A DNA stretch of 64,000 nt, taken from NCBI GenBank assembly GCA_965113315.1, contig OZ220365.1. The stretch is one strand, 5' to 3'. This stretch comes from Podarcis vaucheri (lineage: Eukaryota). The position numbers were made by a program, and so were the translations under genes. The notes beneath the pieces were generated by a model, which saw only the letters and a list, made by a program, of their open reading frames with translations, was not told the DNA's origin and made no database searches. Within the stretch, counting starts at the first letter, position 1; each line of letters opens with the position of its first letter. Shown piece after piece: positions 38,234 to 51,976 of the stretch.

Positions 38234-40957
38234 AAGCCAAGTGTCAGAGCAGAGGAGCAACATTAGGAGTCACAGAAGAACAACGAGAAAACCAAAGGAT
38301 GCAGCAAAAGGTCCTAGAGCCAGGAAGAACACTTGTTGTGCAAGCAAAATCTTAGCCCAAGTTAGAAGCATTTTCTGTCTCTTCCTGGAAGGGCTCAATG
38401 GTCAGTGTGGATAGGTGGGCCCATTCAAAAGCCTGAGAATCCTACACTGTCTAGGGAGATGCTCAAAATTGCAGTTCTGTGGCTCATCATATGGGGTACA
38501 CTGACAGGTACAACATCACATATTCTGTGACCTGACAAACCTCTTTACAAGCACACAGGTGATAGCACAAGAGTAGTAAAGCAGTTTCCCCTCTTTTCAT
38601 TTCTTTTCCTTAACTACATCTCCTGCCTGACATCATGTTTAACTCGGCAGAACTTCAAAGCATCATAGGATCAAATGTTACTCGAACAAAATGCCACTAG
38701 ACATACTATTCTTCCTATGTATTCTGTTGGAATGGATTCTCTATGCACCTTCCTATGTGTAATAATGTTCCAACCAAGAGCCTGCAAGCAAATTCATCCA
38801 CTTTCTAAACGTGAACCACTTGGCTTGAACAGGAAGAGAAGGTACCTCACATAGAGGGAGAGCCTGCATCTGGCTCCTGGGCCTGAGGTCCACCGCCTCT
38901 TCTGTGCTGCAATCCATTTTTACAGAGTATTGCACCAAAAGATGAAAAATACATGCTGTTCCTCTATAGTTTGCTTATAGAAATGCACCCCAATGTAGTC
39001 CCAAACCATATCGATAGGTACTACTAGGGGTAAAAAATGCAAAAGGATTCAAATGCATCTCCAGAACAAAGATTCATGCACTAGAATAAATTTAAACTGA
39101 TGCTATTTAGCAAAGGATTCATAAATTCTTACACTTTTCTAAATGCATCTCTTGCATTCCAAAAGTCATTATGCTGTATAAAATGATTATTTCCAAAACA
39201 GCATTACCATGAGTTATCACCATTGCTGCCTAGCAACGAGCATCTTTTCTTTTCTTTTCTTTTCTTAACACTAAGCTGTATAAACTAGTATCTGGAATTT
39301 GTGCAAATGTGTATTCATTTGAGGACCACAGAGACACATTCATCTTAGAAATCAGACACAGATAATATAACACATTTAGAGAAACAAAGCAGCAGCAACC
39401 ATTTCCACACATATCTTAGTAAAAATCTTCTCATTACTGCCTTAACTAAGTTCTGTAAAGCTTAGTTATGACAGACTGCATTTTTTTTATCTTCTCTTGA
39501 AGTTAGTGGGGATTTTTTTAGAGCTTGGTGTAGAAACAATGGACCCTTTATTGATAAAGCTTCATGACGTAAATGTTTGTATTGGTTATACCTAGAGCAG
39601 GCTTCCTCGTTCATGTCAATAAATAGGCACTGTACTGATTTGAAATGTGTGCAGGAAAAATGAATCCTCTGAATTTGAACCTCTAAGTTCCAAATCACGC
39701 CCAGACTCACTCCTTGGGGGTCCAAGCTCAATTCCTAACCACCCATGAGCCCTTACATCTCACACATTGCAAAAAAACTGGCCGCAGATTTGCATAAAGT
39801 TTGCATATGTTAATTCATAGGGACAGATACAATTTTTGAAATAATGGTTATAATGAAACACAAATATAGTACATCTCACCATAGTTCAGAGGACTGTGAT
39901 GAGGTGACCTGTGTACCTCATCAGTTTGAAGTCCAGATGCTAAACTATTGGTGGCCAAATTCCAGGCCCTTGATTCTTGATCCATAAATTAGTCTTGGAC
40001 TGGGTAGTTTTCAAATAGAGGATTTCTTCAAACAGAAGGCTGTTCTCTGTGAAGGAGGATGCATAGACGTCCTACTTTTCCCTGCCCCAAACTTGACCAC
40101 TAGCAGTGGGAAGACCGTGTGATGCAATCTCCCACTATTCCCAAGGACCCTCAGTGGTGACACAAATGAGCCTTTGTGCCACAATTAGGGGAGTAATGGC
40201 CTTATCCTTCTCGTTACGTCCAGGGAGTGTCTCCTCAGTTGTTTCTGTGCAGAGAGTTAGAGGGATTTTTTAGAGGAGATATAGGCTCTTTGTGAGGCAA
40301 AAGTTAATCGTCCAAGTTACTCTGCTTGAGTGTTAAAGACCCTGTATCATTGTCCATATTGGGACACCTGGGTCTTTTTGCTCTTCTCGTTTCTGGGATT
40401 CTTCGTATATCAGCAGGGCCTTACTTTTGGGTCAAATGGTGGAGTTCCAGTCCAGATAGGTCTACAGTTAACTTGTGGGTGGCAAGGAGATAGAAAGGAG
40501 GCTAAAGAGATTTAAAAAACCCCAAACCAAGCAGAATTTTCCTTTGATGTAGTCTCTTCAGCAATGACAATTCTTCCTCTCCCTCGGTTTAAAATATTTG
40601 AAAGGTTTAGGGGGATCAGAAGAGTTTAAAAGGGCTTTAAAAGATTAAAAGGTTGTGAAGGTTAAAAGTCCTTAAAATAAGTTCTAGCAGCATGGAGATA
40701 TAGCCGACAGGAAACCCGGGTGGTAGCTACAAGACAGTTGAGTTTCCTTAAAACTAATTTACGACGCTGGGGTTGCCGGAACAGATAGAACACATAAAAT
40801 AACATTGCTTTCATCAAAAGAATAAAAAGAGAACAAGAAGGGGGGGCAGCAAGGCAACCCCCCCTCATCTTGTAATTAAAAGGAATTTTGCAAAGCTCTG
40901 ATAAGCACATACTACCTCGGCACCATCTTAGGAGCTGACATGAAAAAGCAACAAAAC

Positions 40958-40958
40958 A

Positions 40959-41002
<44 letters not shown>

Positions 41003-41074
41003 TTAGCGGGAAGACACTCCAATGAAAATTTCTGATACTATATTTCTCTGTGTGTGTGTGTGTGTGTGTGTGTG
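40958..41074. repeat. Compound microsatellites (CT)n(AT)n and (TG)n
   Basis: Direct reading. Confidence 0.9.
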
Positions 41075-42756
41075 TAGTATATGGATGTTTTAAGATGGTC
41101 TGTATCTGTAATGCCCAATAAAGGTTTGGAGAAAGAAAAGGTGACACAAATGTTTGCAACATTTTCATGGGGCTACAAGTGCAATCGGGGAACCAGTGCA
41201 AAGAGTGTACAGGCTCCAGTTAATGTAAAGCGCTTGGCAGGTTTCCCACCACTTCAGTGAAGTCGACACTGGGCACTGTATCTCAAGCTCTGTGTGCTCT
41301 CAAGTATATCCTTGGGACTGCTTCTATATGATGGCTAGCAAGCCATATGAGCAGGCCAAATGTTTCTTTTGGGAATAGATTCCGTAACAGCTCACTGAGA
41401 GAAAGCTTTGTGTTTCTTTTCATGAGATAGATGCAAACATGAGCAAGTGTTCTGGCACCTGTATGTCTGCAGAAACCCAGAAGAAGTGTAGAATAACAGC
41501 TGTAAATCACAGCAACAAGAGATATGCCAGCATGGGGAGTGGAAGACATTTTGGGTGGTGCTTTTCTCCCTGTCCAGAAAAACAGCTGTTTACAACTTAA
41601 ACAACATCAATGTTCTGATAGGTTTAGCCCAATGGTGTACGCCACCCTCCTCACACACACACACATTTTCTTCAGCCTGCCTTTTTTCAGGCTCAAAGGG
41701 GAAAAAACATGCAGATATTACAGAGATGTTTCAACTGATATTATCAAAAGCCTAATCTAGAGGTATTGTTTTTAATTTCAAAGGGCTGGTGAAACCACAA
41801 CATTTTGTTGTGTGGAATGATTTTATTTCTTATGCTACAAAAATAATACAATGAGACCCCATTTATCCCGAAAAGTATGTTCAATTTGGAAAATTAATAG
41901 TGGGCAAGATCATGAATAGAAATTACGATAAATGTTAACATATAATTTGGTACTTGTGGGGTTCAGTTCTTGTTATTACTGCTTTGAGGCTTTCTTTACA
42001 ATAAAATGGTGTATAAACTTTACGAAATAGATAAGTAAATAAATTAGCAATATGGGACTAGAAAAGGGTCTTCTGTTCAATATTCAGTGTTATTATTCTG
42101 TATGAGCTGTTTGTTGTTTATAGCTTTGTATCATAAAAGTTTCATCAGCATCATAAGCAAAAAGATCAAATTTCTGTAGCAGCTCTGGCTGACAAACAAG
42201 ATGAAGCACATCTAGGCCCTGCAAATAAGTCATCAACATTTATGAAAAATTTGTATCCCACTGCCTCACACATACCTGTGTTTGTCATTTCACACTTGAA
42301 AGAAAGGAGACTCAGCTCTCTTCCAAATTATAAAATGTTTCTATACCTAATCACCTGAAGGTGATCCTTACTGCTTATGGGCAATAAGCACCCAAAAGAT
42401 TGTTGTATGAGACTTAGTAAATCTCTCTTGGTATTGGAAAGCCAAGTCTCCAAAATGAATCTTCTCTGCTGCTTAGAATAGTTGACAGATAATATGCAAC
42501 CACATACTGCCCTACTGATTTTTATAATTATTTTCCCTGCCACTTCTTGAACAGAGCTGAGGATATTAATGAATATATTTTGGAACGATACACTGCTCTC
42601 CCCGCTAATGGCCTCTACAGCCTCAGCAGATGCTGTAACACTCCAACAGTTTGACTTTACCCCCAATGGCACACTCTTCCATTGTCTCTTGAGACCGACG
42701 GATGCCAACAATACAGAGAGAGAGAGAGAGAGCTGACACAGTGAGAGATCACTTAC

Positions 42757-42916
42757 TTGTATGGAATGTGCTTGCTGCCATTGACTAGGGCTAGGATCAC
42801 ATTGCCCAGTGCAGACAATGAAAGACAAAGTCCAGAGCCTCCTTCACGATTTTTGCTGAGAGGTTTAACACAGCTGCCCAGGTCGATGAGGTGTAAGCGA
42901 CTACGGCCTCCTGACA
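42757..42916 (-). CDS. KIF26B: KIF26B coding exon (equiv. exon 10): (M)[52 protein letters not shown](K)
   Basis: Translated by hand; ctaacag|TG acceptor, CAA|gtaagt donor; 160 nt, phase 1/2; degenerate switch II (DLGSC) and HIPY motif. Confidence 0.95.
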
Positions 42917-43076
42917 CTGTTAGAGAATAAATGAGAGAGGGGGATATTAAGAGCCAGCTTTCTGATTCTCATAGGTTAATGTAAGTACGGTGTTGGAATA
43001 TATAAACTCTGGAATATGATATGTGGTTTCCTGGGAATAAGGCCCCTTGAAACCAATGGGTTTTAAGACTGGAGAT

Positions 43077-43079
43077 ACA

Positions 43080-43133
<54 letters not shown>
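43077..43133. repeat. (CA)n(GA)n compound microsatellite
   Basis: Direct reading. Confidence 0.95.
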
Positions 43134-43136
<3 letters not shown>

Positions 43137-43756
43137 TAATGATCTTTATAACCTACGGAGTAGAGACAGCAAAAACAAAGAAGCCAGCATTAAAGCAATA
43201 ACAAACGTGAGAGTTAAACTCATTCCTCAAAACCCTTTCTTGTGACTAATCCCAACTCCTCCATTCTTACATATGTAGGCAAGTGAAATTGCCTGTTGTT
43301 TTTATACAGTGCTTCATTTTCCTCTGTTATTGCCTCTTTTAATATATGTGCTTGAATTCCACATATGCTTTGAAAAAAAGTAACGCAAGAGACACTACCT
43401 GATAAGACAGGCAGTTTTTAATTTTCGCTTCTTAAAAAGCTAAAGACCATTACCACTAGATATTCCTCAGTTCAAAAATGTCTGGCTTCTGAATATTTCA
43501 TAAAAGTATTGTTGGAAATGCTGACCCACTACTTAAAGAGGCCGGTGTTCAACGTGTTATATGCTAAGAAATAGAGTGCCATCTAATGTGAGCGTGAAAG
43601 GGCATTATTCAACAAATTTCCATGATGTCATTATTTGTGCACCATATACACACAAAAAGCATTTGAGAAATACTTAGAAATTTAATGTAGCTGATAAACT
43701 ATATTTTGCTGCTCCAAAGTACAAAAGAAAGGTAGTTAGGTTCACTGAAGCATGAT

Positions 43757-44180
43757 GTTTTATTTATTAATTTTAACAATTTATACACTGCTTAACATCA
43801 TAGCCTCTAAGTGGGATACAGTAAGTTTGCAAAAGATAAAATAAAGATAAAATCAATTTAAATTAACCATAAAATCTGAAAACTTGCTGAAAATGCTTGC
43901 TGAAATGAAAAAGGTCTCCCCAAAGTTCAACCAGGAGGGGGCCTGTCTGATCTCAGTCAGGAAGGAGTACCACAAAATTGGGCCTACTATACTGAATGCA
44001 TATGAGCCACGTGTCTGAGTCATGGGGGTGGCCACTAATAGTGACTCTCCCAAAGACCTCAATAACTGGACAGGGATATAAGGAATCAGGTGGTTCTTAG
44101 TGTATCCTGGACCAAAGTTGTCAAGTGCCTCGTAAATTTATACAAGAACCTTGACCTTGATTTGGTAGCATATGGACTGT
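43757..44180 (-). mobile_element. L2-type LINE 3' fragment
   Basis: T-rich tail; ORF 43853..44062 carries an L2-like C-terminus (RG..AFSIVGP.LW.S...EIRQAPS). Confidence 0.7.
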
Positions 44181-44538
44181 GAGTTCAAGGTTTTATACAC
44201 CAGCGTTGGTATGCTATCTTGAATATAAAGAGTTGTTTCCTTGGATTGCAGATTACAGAACATTGGCTGGGAGATTAGGCTTAGTTTATAATGTTAGTGG
44301 TCAATTTTGTAACGTCTAGCCCTGCCCTCAGACTACTAGATTCTCAATAAACTAATTGTTTTTGAGAGCATGACATGTAGTACAAATGTTACAATTAAGT
44401 GAACATGTTACACTAAGAAATGGAAGTCAGAAAAATAACCCTGGGTGATATCCAAGGTTATTCTTAGTCTGAGTCTATTAATAAAGTCCATTAATTTCAG
44501 TAGGTCTGCTTTGAGTATGACTTAAATTGGATATCACT

Positions 44539-45494
44539 AACTGGATATGGAACAACTGATTGGTTCCAAATTGGGAAAGGAGTACGGCAAGGCTGTATAT
44601 TGTCTCCCTGCTTATTTAACTTATATGCGGAATTCATCATGCGAAAGGCTGGGCTGGATGAATCCCAAGCCGGAATTAAGATTGCCGGAAGAAATATCAA
44701 CAACCTCAGATATGCAGATGACACAACCTTGATGGCAGAAAGTGAAGAGGAATTAAAGAACCTTTTAATGAGGGTGAAAGAGGAGAGCGCAAAATATGGT
44801 CTGAAGCTCAACATCAAAAAAACGAAGATCATGGCCACTGGGCCTATCACCTCCTGGCAAATAGATGGGGAAGAAATGGAGGCAGTGAGAGATTTTACTT
44901 TCTTGGGCTCCATGATCAGTGCAGATGGTGACAGCAGTCACGAAATTAAAAGACGCCTGCTCCTTGGGAGAAAGGCGATGGCAAGCCTAGACAACATCTT
45001 AAAAAGCAGAGACATCGCCTTGCCAACAAAGGTCCGTATAGTAAAAGCCATGGTTTTCCCAGTAGTGATGTATGGAAGTGAGAGCTGGACCATAAAGAAG
45101 GCTGATCGCCGAAGAATTGATGCTTTTGAATTATGGTGCTGGAGGAGACTCTTGAGAGTCCCATGGACTGCAAGAAGATCAAACCTCTCCATTCTGAAGG
45201 AAATCAGCCCTGAGTGCTCACTGAAAGGACAGATCGTGAAGCTGAGGCTCCAATACTTTGGCCACCTCATGAGAAGAGAGGACTCCCTGGAAAAGACCCT
45301 GATGTTGGGAAAGATGGAGGGCACAAGGAGAAGGGGACGACAGAGAATGAGATGGTTGGATGGTGTTCTTGAAGCTACTAGCATGAGTTTGATCAAACTG
45401 CGGGAGGCAGTGGAGGACAGAAGTGCCTGGCGTGCTCTGGTCCATGGGGTCACGAAGAGTCGGACACGACTAAACGACTAAACAACAACAAACA
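44539..45494 (+). mobile_element. BovB (RTE-clade) LINE, 5'-truncated, with uninterrupted RT C-terminal ORF 44600..45481
   Basis: SPCLFNLYAE, NLRYADD, MYGSESWT, DAFELWCWRR, RRRGRQRMRWLDG and HGVTKSRTRL motifs; (CAA)n-type tail. Confidence 0.96.
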
Positions 45495-47082
45495 TTTTTT
45501 AAGAATTGGCACCTATTTATTGATTGTTAGATAGATAAGATTCTGCTTCCAACCATTCTACAACATTCTATTTACTTATTTATTTCTATTTTATACCAAA
45601 AAATGTTACTGAGCAGCATTTTAAAAAGAAATTAAGGGGGCCTAATCGCAACTAACTTTAGACTAGATCAGAGCTTATCTCAGGCTCTAGCCAGCTCAAT
45701 AGGTCTCCCAGAGGTGGAATATGAATGCAACCCAGGGGGACTTTTCTTTGATATAATTTATCAAGCTTTGAGAAAATGAGAGGATTTCTTCATTTAATTG
45801 CATTAGAAAGTAATTACAAAGTGTGTGTGCACACACACACACATAAAAACCATAGAAAATTACATGATTTTAATGGCAATCTCCTTAAAGCAGGCCATTC
45901 TCATTCCTAAAAGATTGCACATCCATAGTCCTCCTTTTCCCTGAAGGGGGGAAGATCAATAAGCCCATTGTGAGTTAAGTTCTGTCTGGCAATTCTATGT
46001 GAGTCATTGCTGTAATACATACAAAAAAAAGATTTCAGTTGTATGATATGTTTGGACACTTTGATTCATGTACATTGTATGTGTCCTACGATACTGTGTT
46101 TATATTTGTGTTGGGTGTTATTCAACTGATTTATAAAAATTAGCAGGTCCACACTGTGTATGACTAATGCTGGCTATCACCCATGCATGTATGTATTTGT
46201 ACTGGATCATTTTCCGAATCAAAAATAATCCAAAGAACTATTAACAACAAAAATATTCATTCAAACTCCTATTAGAGGACATCAGACGTAGCAATTCAAA
46301 CTGACATAATACAAAAATTGCTAACCTTTGGGATTAAATGGTTCAATCATTTAATGATACCCATAAAGGAAATAGTGGCTTTTCAAGTTCCCGAGTGAAT
46401 AAGGAAGCCACCCCTTGGTGGTAAGAGAGAGGATTTCGTTTATTAGATCTACTGAATTAATGCCTCTATTTTAATGCTGCCAGAAGAGAGATGCCTTTGG
46501 TTGTGCTTTTAGTTTTGGCGCAGTCAAGTAGTCGTCTGGAAGACAGGCAGCAGGTTGCAACCAAGTAAACGGAGGAAAGGGGAGGCAGTTGCAGGGCAGG
46601 GAGAAAAGTTTTTCAGTTGGAGTAGAGTTACTTAGCCTTATGAGCCAATGCAGAGTTTGGAGATTTATAGGATGAAGTGACACGTCTGAACAGACATTTC
46701 ATGACATAGTGTGACCACAGTGGTTCATGTATTGAAAACACTGCAGCTAGACTGCTGATGGGGGCGGACTGTCACCAGCCCATAACTCTGGTACTCGAAA
46801 ACTTACACTACAAGGCCAGGTTCAAGGATATTGTATTAATTGATCCTTTATAGCCCTGGATGATCACTGACATCTTTGCAGTAGTCAGTGGCAGTGCCCT
46901 CCTTCATGCCCTCCTGTATTCACCAGGAGCTGTGCATTCACTATTGTGCACCCACTTTTAAGGAACTGCCTTGCATATGCATATGTGGACATTTACAAGG
47001 GTGCCACGGGAAATGCATAGTCATTTAAATGACAACAGTATACGTATATCTTAGAAAAAGACAGGGAAACAGTGGGACTTAC

Positions 47083-47266
47083 TTCCCCCTTTTCCACTCT
47101 TCTCCATGCGGTACTGGTAGATGTGCAGAGTGAAGAGCATATGGGAATTCTTGTGATCTTCCTCCCGGCAATCTTGCTGGCTGCTACGACGCGAGGCAAT
47201 GGCCGCATCGAGGAAGAAGGCAGCTTTCTCTGCAGTAGGAGCTCGAAGTTCACTTTGATTCTGCAG
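47083..47266 (-). CDS. KIF26B: KIF26B coding exon (equiv. exon 9): [61 protein letters not shown]
   Basis: Within ORF 47051..47296; ttgcag|CTG acceptor, GAA|gtaagt donor; 184 nt, phase 0/1. Confidence 0.95.
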
Positions 47267-49053
47267 CTGCAAGGCAACCGACAGGATACAAACCACATAA
47301 AATGTGTGTATTGAGATCCAGTACTGGCAAGGTACTTTCTGCTAGCACCACCAAAATACAGCATGCTCAAGATTAGGGAACATCCTGCTTTGCGGAACAT
47401 CTCTGGCAAAAGAGAATCCCCATAGTGAATCCTCCACATGAACAAAAACCCAAAAACTCTAGATCTGTGATGCTGTACCTGGTGTCCTCCTTTGGATCTG
47501 GTTTCTGTTTCTCAGACACAGTTAGGCAGGTTTTGGTCACTGACACTTTAGCTTCCATCTGCCTTCAAGGTTACCATCAAGCAAGCCTACCTCCACACTT
47601 CCCTGTTCTTTTCAGTAAATATGTTGAGAGGCTGGATGTCTTGTCACGGACAATGTAAGACTCCCCTGACCCTTAACAGTTGCTTTGCAGATCTGCTTTC
47701 TCAAAACCTTCTGCCAAGTCCAAACTAGGTGTGATAGTAAACACATGGTTCCTGCTTAAAATGACAGCTGTGGATATAATTTCTATTTCCCCTGAGATCA
47801 ATCAATCCTGCTTTACCCTATCCCTGCTGCACATCATTTGCTGCCCCTTATGCAGAGTGGGGAAACATGGAGCATCATAATGTCAGGATATGTGTATGTT
47901 CTGTTAGAACAGAAGTGCAAAACCTGTGGCTGTTCAGATGTTGCTAGACGACAACTCCCAACACCTGTGACCATTGGCCATGCTCAAGATCATCTCCATC
48001 CCTAATCAGAATTCTCACTTGATCCCTAACCTTGGTGTGTTTCAAACAAGACTGCTTAGTTATCACACATGCTTGCCAATAAACTGAAGTCTGAGATGTA
48101 GTAAAAGGGGCAAGTTTAGATTTTCTGCAGGCACTGAAGAATGCTTTGAACAATTTTTTGGCATGATTCTCTACGGACTGCACAAGTTAACTGAAACCCC
48201 GAACGAAGTCTGTGTGGCCCTTTGTGTTTTCAGGATTTCTGAGTATAATTAATGTTTACTTTCTCTCTTCCTCTTTTGCTGGAAATCTCTCCAACACATT
48301 CAGTGCAAGGTAAAATCCCACACCATAAGGGCAGTAGTCACTGTATGCTCAGAACAGTAGGTATTTTGTTTCAGATGTGAGGTCTACAAGGAACTCCTGC
48401 CAGCAAGGGTGCCTAGAGGATTTAGCCATAATTTAAAGGAGGGGCAGGGAGTCAAACGGCTACTGCAGCTCATGTATCTTTCAACATGGCCAGGAAGTGT
48501 TGTGGTTTTTTTTTAAACCAGTTGGGTGTTCCTATCTGAAGAACACTGGGAGTTGTTCTTGGCTTGGCCAGGGCTCCCATTCACAGCTTGGCAGCAATTA
48601 ATAAGTAGCTATTAATACTTCCTACAACATTACTAAGCCTAGTACTATAAATAATGTAGTTTGTGAAGATATAAACAGCCATATTATTGGCCTCCAGCTA
48701 TTTGTGCAATATTGTAAATATTTTAGTGTGTTGTTATACATTGGAGAAATTATTATAGGAAGGAGACAAATTTTGTTTGATCTGAATCCTTTCACATTTT
48801 ATAGCAAACAGAGGCCTCTGCTCAACATCAAGTTATGCCAAAGGCGCAAATATTTAGGCCAGGAGAGCAGATGGCCCCTGCAGCTGCAGGTCATAAAGTT
48901 TCTTGTGTGCCTGAGAGTAAACACTTCCAAGTCAGAAAAAGTTTGTACTTAGGGTTGTTGGGTGTGGGTTTTTTTTTTTTAAATTGAACCCATTGTAGTA
49001 AAAACATGACACCACTTGGTATATATCATAACTTAAAAGAGTTTTGTATTCAC

Positions 49054-49316
49054 CTGCATGCCACAAATTGGGTCCTCACAAAGGTAGACCCCAGGAGACT
49101 GGCCGTCTTGTAAGCTGCCTGTTGCCACCTCTGACAGCAAGTCTCTCAGGTTTTCTTCTTTTCCCCATACTTCCACCGCTGAGATCCGGACAGAGAACCG
49201 GGCTCCTGTCTTCTCTTTCCGTTCATTAATCAACTTAAACAGCCAGGATATGGCACAAGGGATTATGCCAAGGTTCTGCATGGAATCATCCTTTCCAATC
49301 ATCGTGTAGGATTTTC
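49054..49316 (-). CDS. KIF26B: KIF26B coding exon (equiv. exon 8): (G)[60 protein letters not shown]...EDPICGMQ
   Basis: Within ORF 49033..49452; acag|GA acceptor, CAG|gtgaat donor; 263 nt, phase 1/0. Confidence 0.96.
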
Positions 49317-50353
49317 CTGTTTGGAATGGAGCAGAGAAAAGGGAGATAATATAATGACTGCAAACAGAAAATGTGAAGAAAGGTACCCTATGAGTGATTT
49401 TAAAATATTGCACATCCTGATCTGCAATAATGTGTTGTTCAGTGGTATTCACAACTGTGTCCAGTCAATGGTTGCCCAGCATCATTCTCCCCTCTCCTCC
49501 CCCCATGCATGCTTCATGCCCTCTCCAAATCTGCTCCTAAGGGTTGGGGGACCACCTAGAACAGATTTAGGGTACATGCAGGGGAAGGAAGGTGCAGAAC
49601 TTTATGCTGAGCAAGGAGAAAACCTTGCACTGATTGAACAAGAGACTTAGCACTATGTTGGATTCCGCCCTTGAAAAGTAGTTGTAGCTACTGAATGGAT
49701 ATTCTATTACCTTTTTCATTTCATTTTTGTACCTCAGTCTTCTGTTGGTAAAACTGGGTGTGATACAACCTACTTTTAATGGTAAAACTGCAAGTAAGGC
49801 TCACTGCTTTCATTTTCATGTATAGGAAATATGAAAAAGCATATAAACAGAGTCCATCCACATAAAATTTACAATCCCAAGTTAAATAATACTAGAGATA
49901 AAATTTCTGAATAGTATATCCATTCAAGTGGTAGACCTTTGGATGCTGTCAACCATGACAATGAGAACCTTTTGAAATAATATTATTTGAAGCTGACTGA
50001 TCTGTAAGTGCAGTTTTTATTATTATAAACATTCATTATCTTGAATGGATACCATTTTCTCAAACTAATACTGGCCACTAGTGTTCAACCATAAGCACCC
50101 CATGGAATTTAAAAGTGGCTACTTCCTTCATCTAATCATCATGATTTTTAACCATTATGCTAAAACAATGGTGAGGAGCAAGTGGGATGGAAAATGACAC
50201 ACACCCCCACCCTGGTCACTGTTAAGTATTCAGGGAATACATAAAAATCAGAGGAAGTACAAGAGTGACTGACATATTGAAGGAAACAAGATACAGGAGG
50301 TTATAGCTGACAAATTCCTTCTACATTATCCTTTGAATATGAAACTTACTAAC

Positions 50354-50447
50354 CTAGTTTGGTGTGTCCAAAGCAAAATACACATCCATCAGCACCATTC
50401 ACCACAGACTGGATCACTTCAGCTACTGTTCCTGCACATACTTCGGC
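50354..50447 (-). CDS. KIF26B: KIF26B coding exon (equiv. exon 7): [31 protein letters not shown](G), first part of P-loop
   Basis: Translated by hand (not in ORF track); cag|GCC acceptor, CTAG|gttagt donor; 94 nt, phase 0/1, fits both neighbours. Confidence 0.95.
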
Positions 50448-51310
50448 CTGTTATAATGGGGAAGAAGATTATATATTCATGAGGAAATGTGAATATAAAT
50501 GGGATTATCAGTATCTTGTTTAAAGAAAACTAGGTTATATTTGTTGTTGTTAATAACAGTTTATATGTTTTAATGCTATTTTTATCTATATACTTGAAAC
50601 AATTTTTGTTATAATAGTTTACAAAATCTATAGGAAAAATATGATGAGGGTTAAAACAGCTTCAAACCAGAAGATGGCTGGTTGCTGCTAAATCCTCCCC
50701 CGCCCCCGCAAAAAATTATCAGCAACAGAATATTGTCGTATCTCCTACCTCATTTTTCTGGTGCAGATTTTTTAGATACTACATTACAGTTTGGGGCAGG
50801 TTTTTTACAGAAAATATCATAGCCTTCTCATTATGACTATCACTACTAATGTGAACTAATAAATTAGGAAGCATTATAAGACTGCAAAACTGAGGGATGC
50901 TTGAGGTACACACTCAAACAGATAGCAAAGGAGAAAGAAGGTTGTCTACGGACAGAAAGGATCCTGTCACACTGATATCAATGGACACAAGGATATCAAA
51001 GGACACTTTCCTTTGAGCGCACAAGGAAAGTTCTGACAGCTATGAACCACAAAACCTAGCAGGCAGGCTGAAACCTGAAGCGGTTGAATTTTACATACTG
51101 ATATTGATCTGTTTTGCTCCATACACACACATTCCCACACACTTGTTTTGCAATAAGTCAGGCTAGACATTTTGAATTGGGTAAGGTTTCAACATTTACT
51201 ATATATGTTACAAAAGAAATTCATTCTCGACCTGATATTAATATATAATGAAGCTTCTGAATAACAGTAATGCAATTCTTTGAAGATTATCCCCATCACA
51301 GTTTGCCTAC

Positions 51311-51517
51311 CTGAGATACGTCTTGAGGGAAAACGGCATCAAACGCAAACATCTTGGGTGGCACTTGACTGCTCCTTTTTTGGAAGGCATTCTGGCTTGC
51401 GCAGGACAATGGGTCATACAGAGTAATTTGCTTCTTACGAGGATCAACCTTTAAGAAGGAGCTGGATTCAGAGGAGTCCCTGGCCAAGGTAGAACAAATG
51501 CGGACCATGACCTTCAC
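51311..51517 (-). CDS. KIF26B: KIF26B coding exon (equiv. human exon 6), start of kinesin motor domain: [36 protein letters not shown]...[13 protein letters not shown]
   Basis: tag|GTG acceptor and CAG|gtaggc donor; 207 nt, phase 0/0. [14 protein letters not shown] is KIF26B-type rather than KIF26A-type (recalled sequence). Confidence 0.96.
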
Positions 51518-51976
51518 CTATAAGCAAACAAAGGGTGGGGGCAGGGAAGGAGAAATCCCACACATTTCATTAGGCTATATATACATATATCAGCAGCAAC
51601 TATAATTAGACTCTTGAGTACTTTGTATGAAAGTGATAAAATACGAAGTTTTGGATGCAGGCTGGTTTGGAACAAAATTCTGATAACTGAATGTTTCTTG
51701 TGATATCATGCATTGCACTCACTCCAGTGAGATCACCAATGTATCTAATGAGTGACGCATTGCCCTCATGCTGTTTCCTTCATGTGCCCTCAGTGATGCA
51801 TCAAATAACCAATTTGATTCGCAATGTACCACTATGATGTCATTCATAATGAGGTTCCTAATTGGCTGAGATTGCCATGGAGAAAGAAGTAACAGACAGG
51901 AAGAAAAACTGTACTGAACAGGAATTTTTATTTTAAAAAAGCTGAATTTTCATACACTCAATGCATTTCCAAAGAA

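Noticed and set aside
42328-42828. 166-aa minus-strand ORF
   Set aside because: It overlaps the true exon in the wrong frame and runs into the intron through a microsatellite.
44497-45453. Antisense ORFs over BovB
   Set aside because: Shadow frames of the RT ORF.
51070-51078. Perfect SIX/MEF3 motif GAAACCTGA
   Set aside because: A single 9-mer is close to chance expectation in 64 kb; no independent support.
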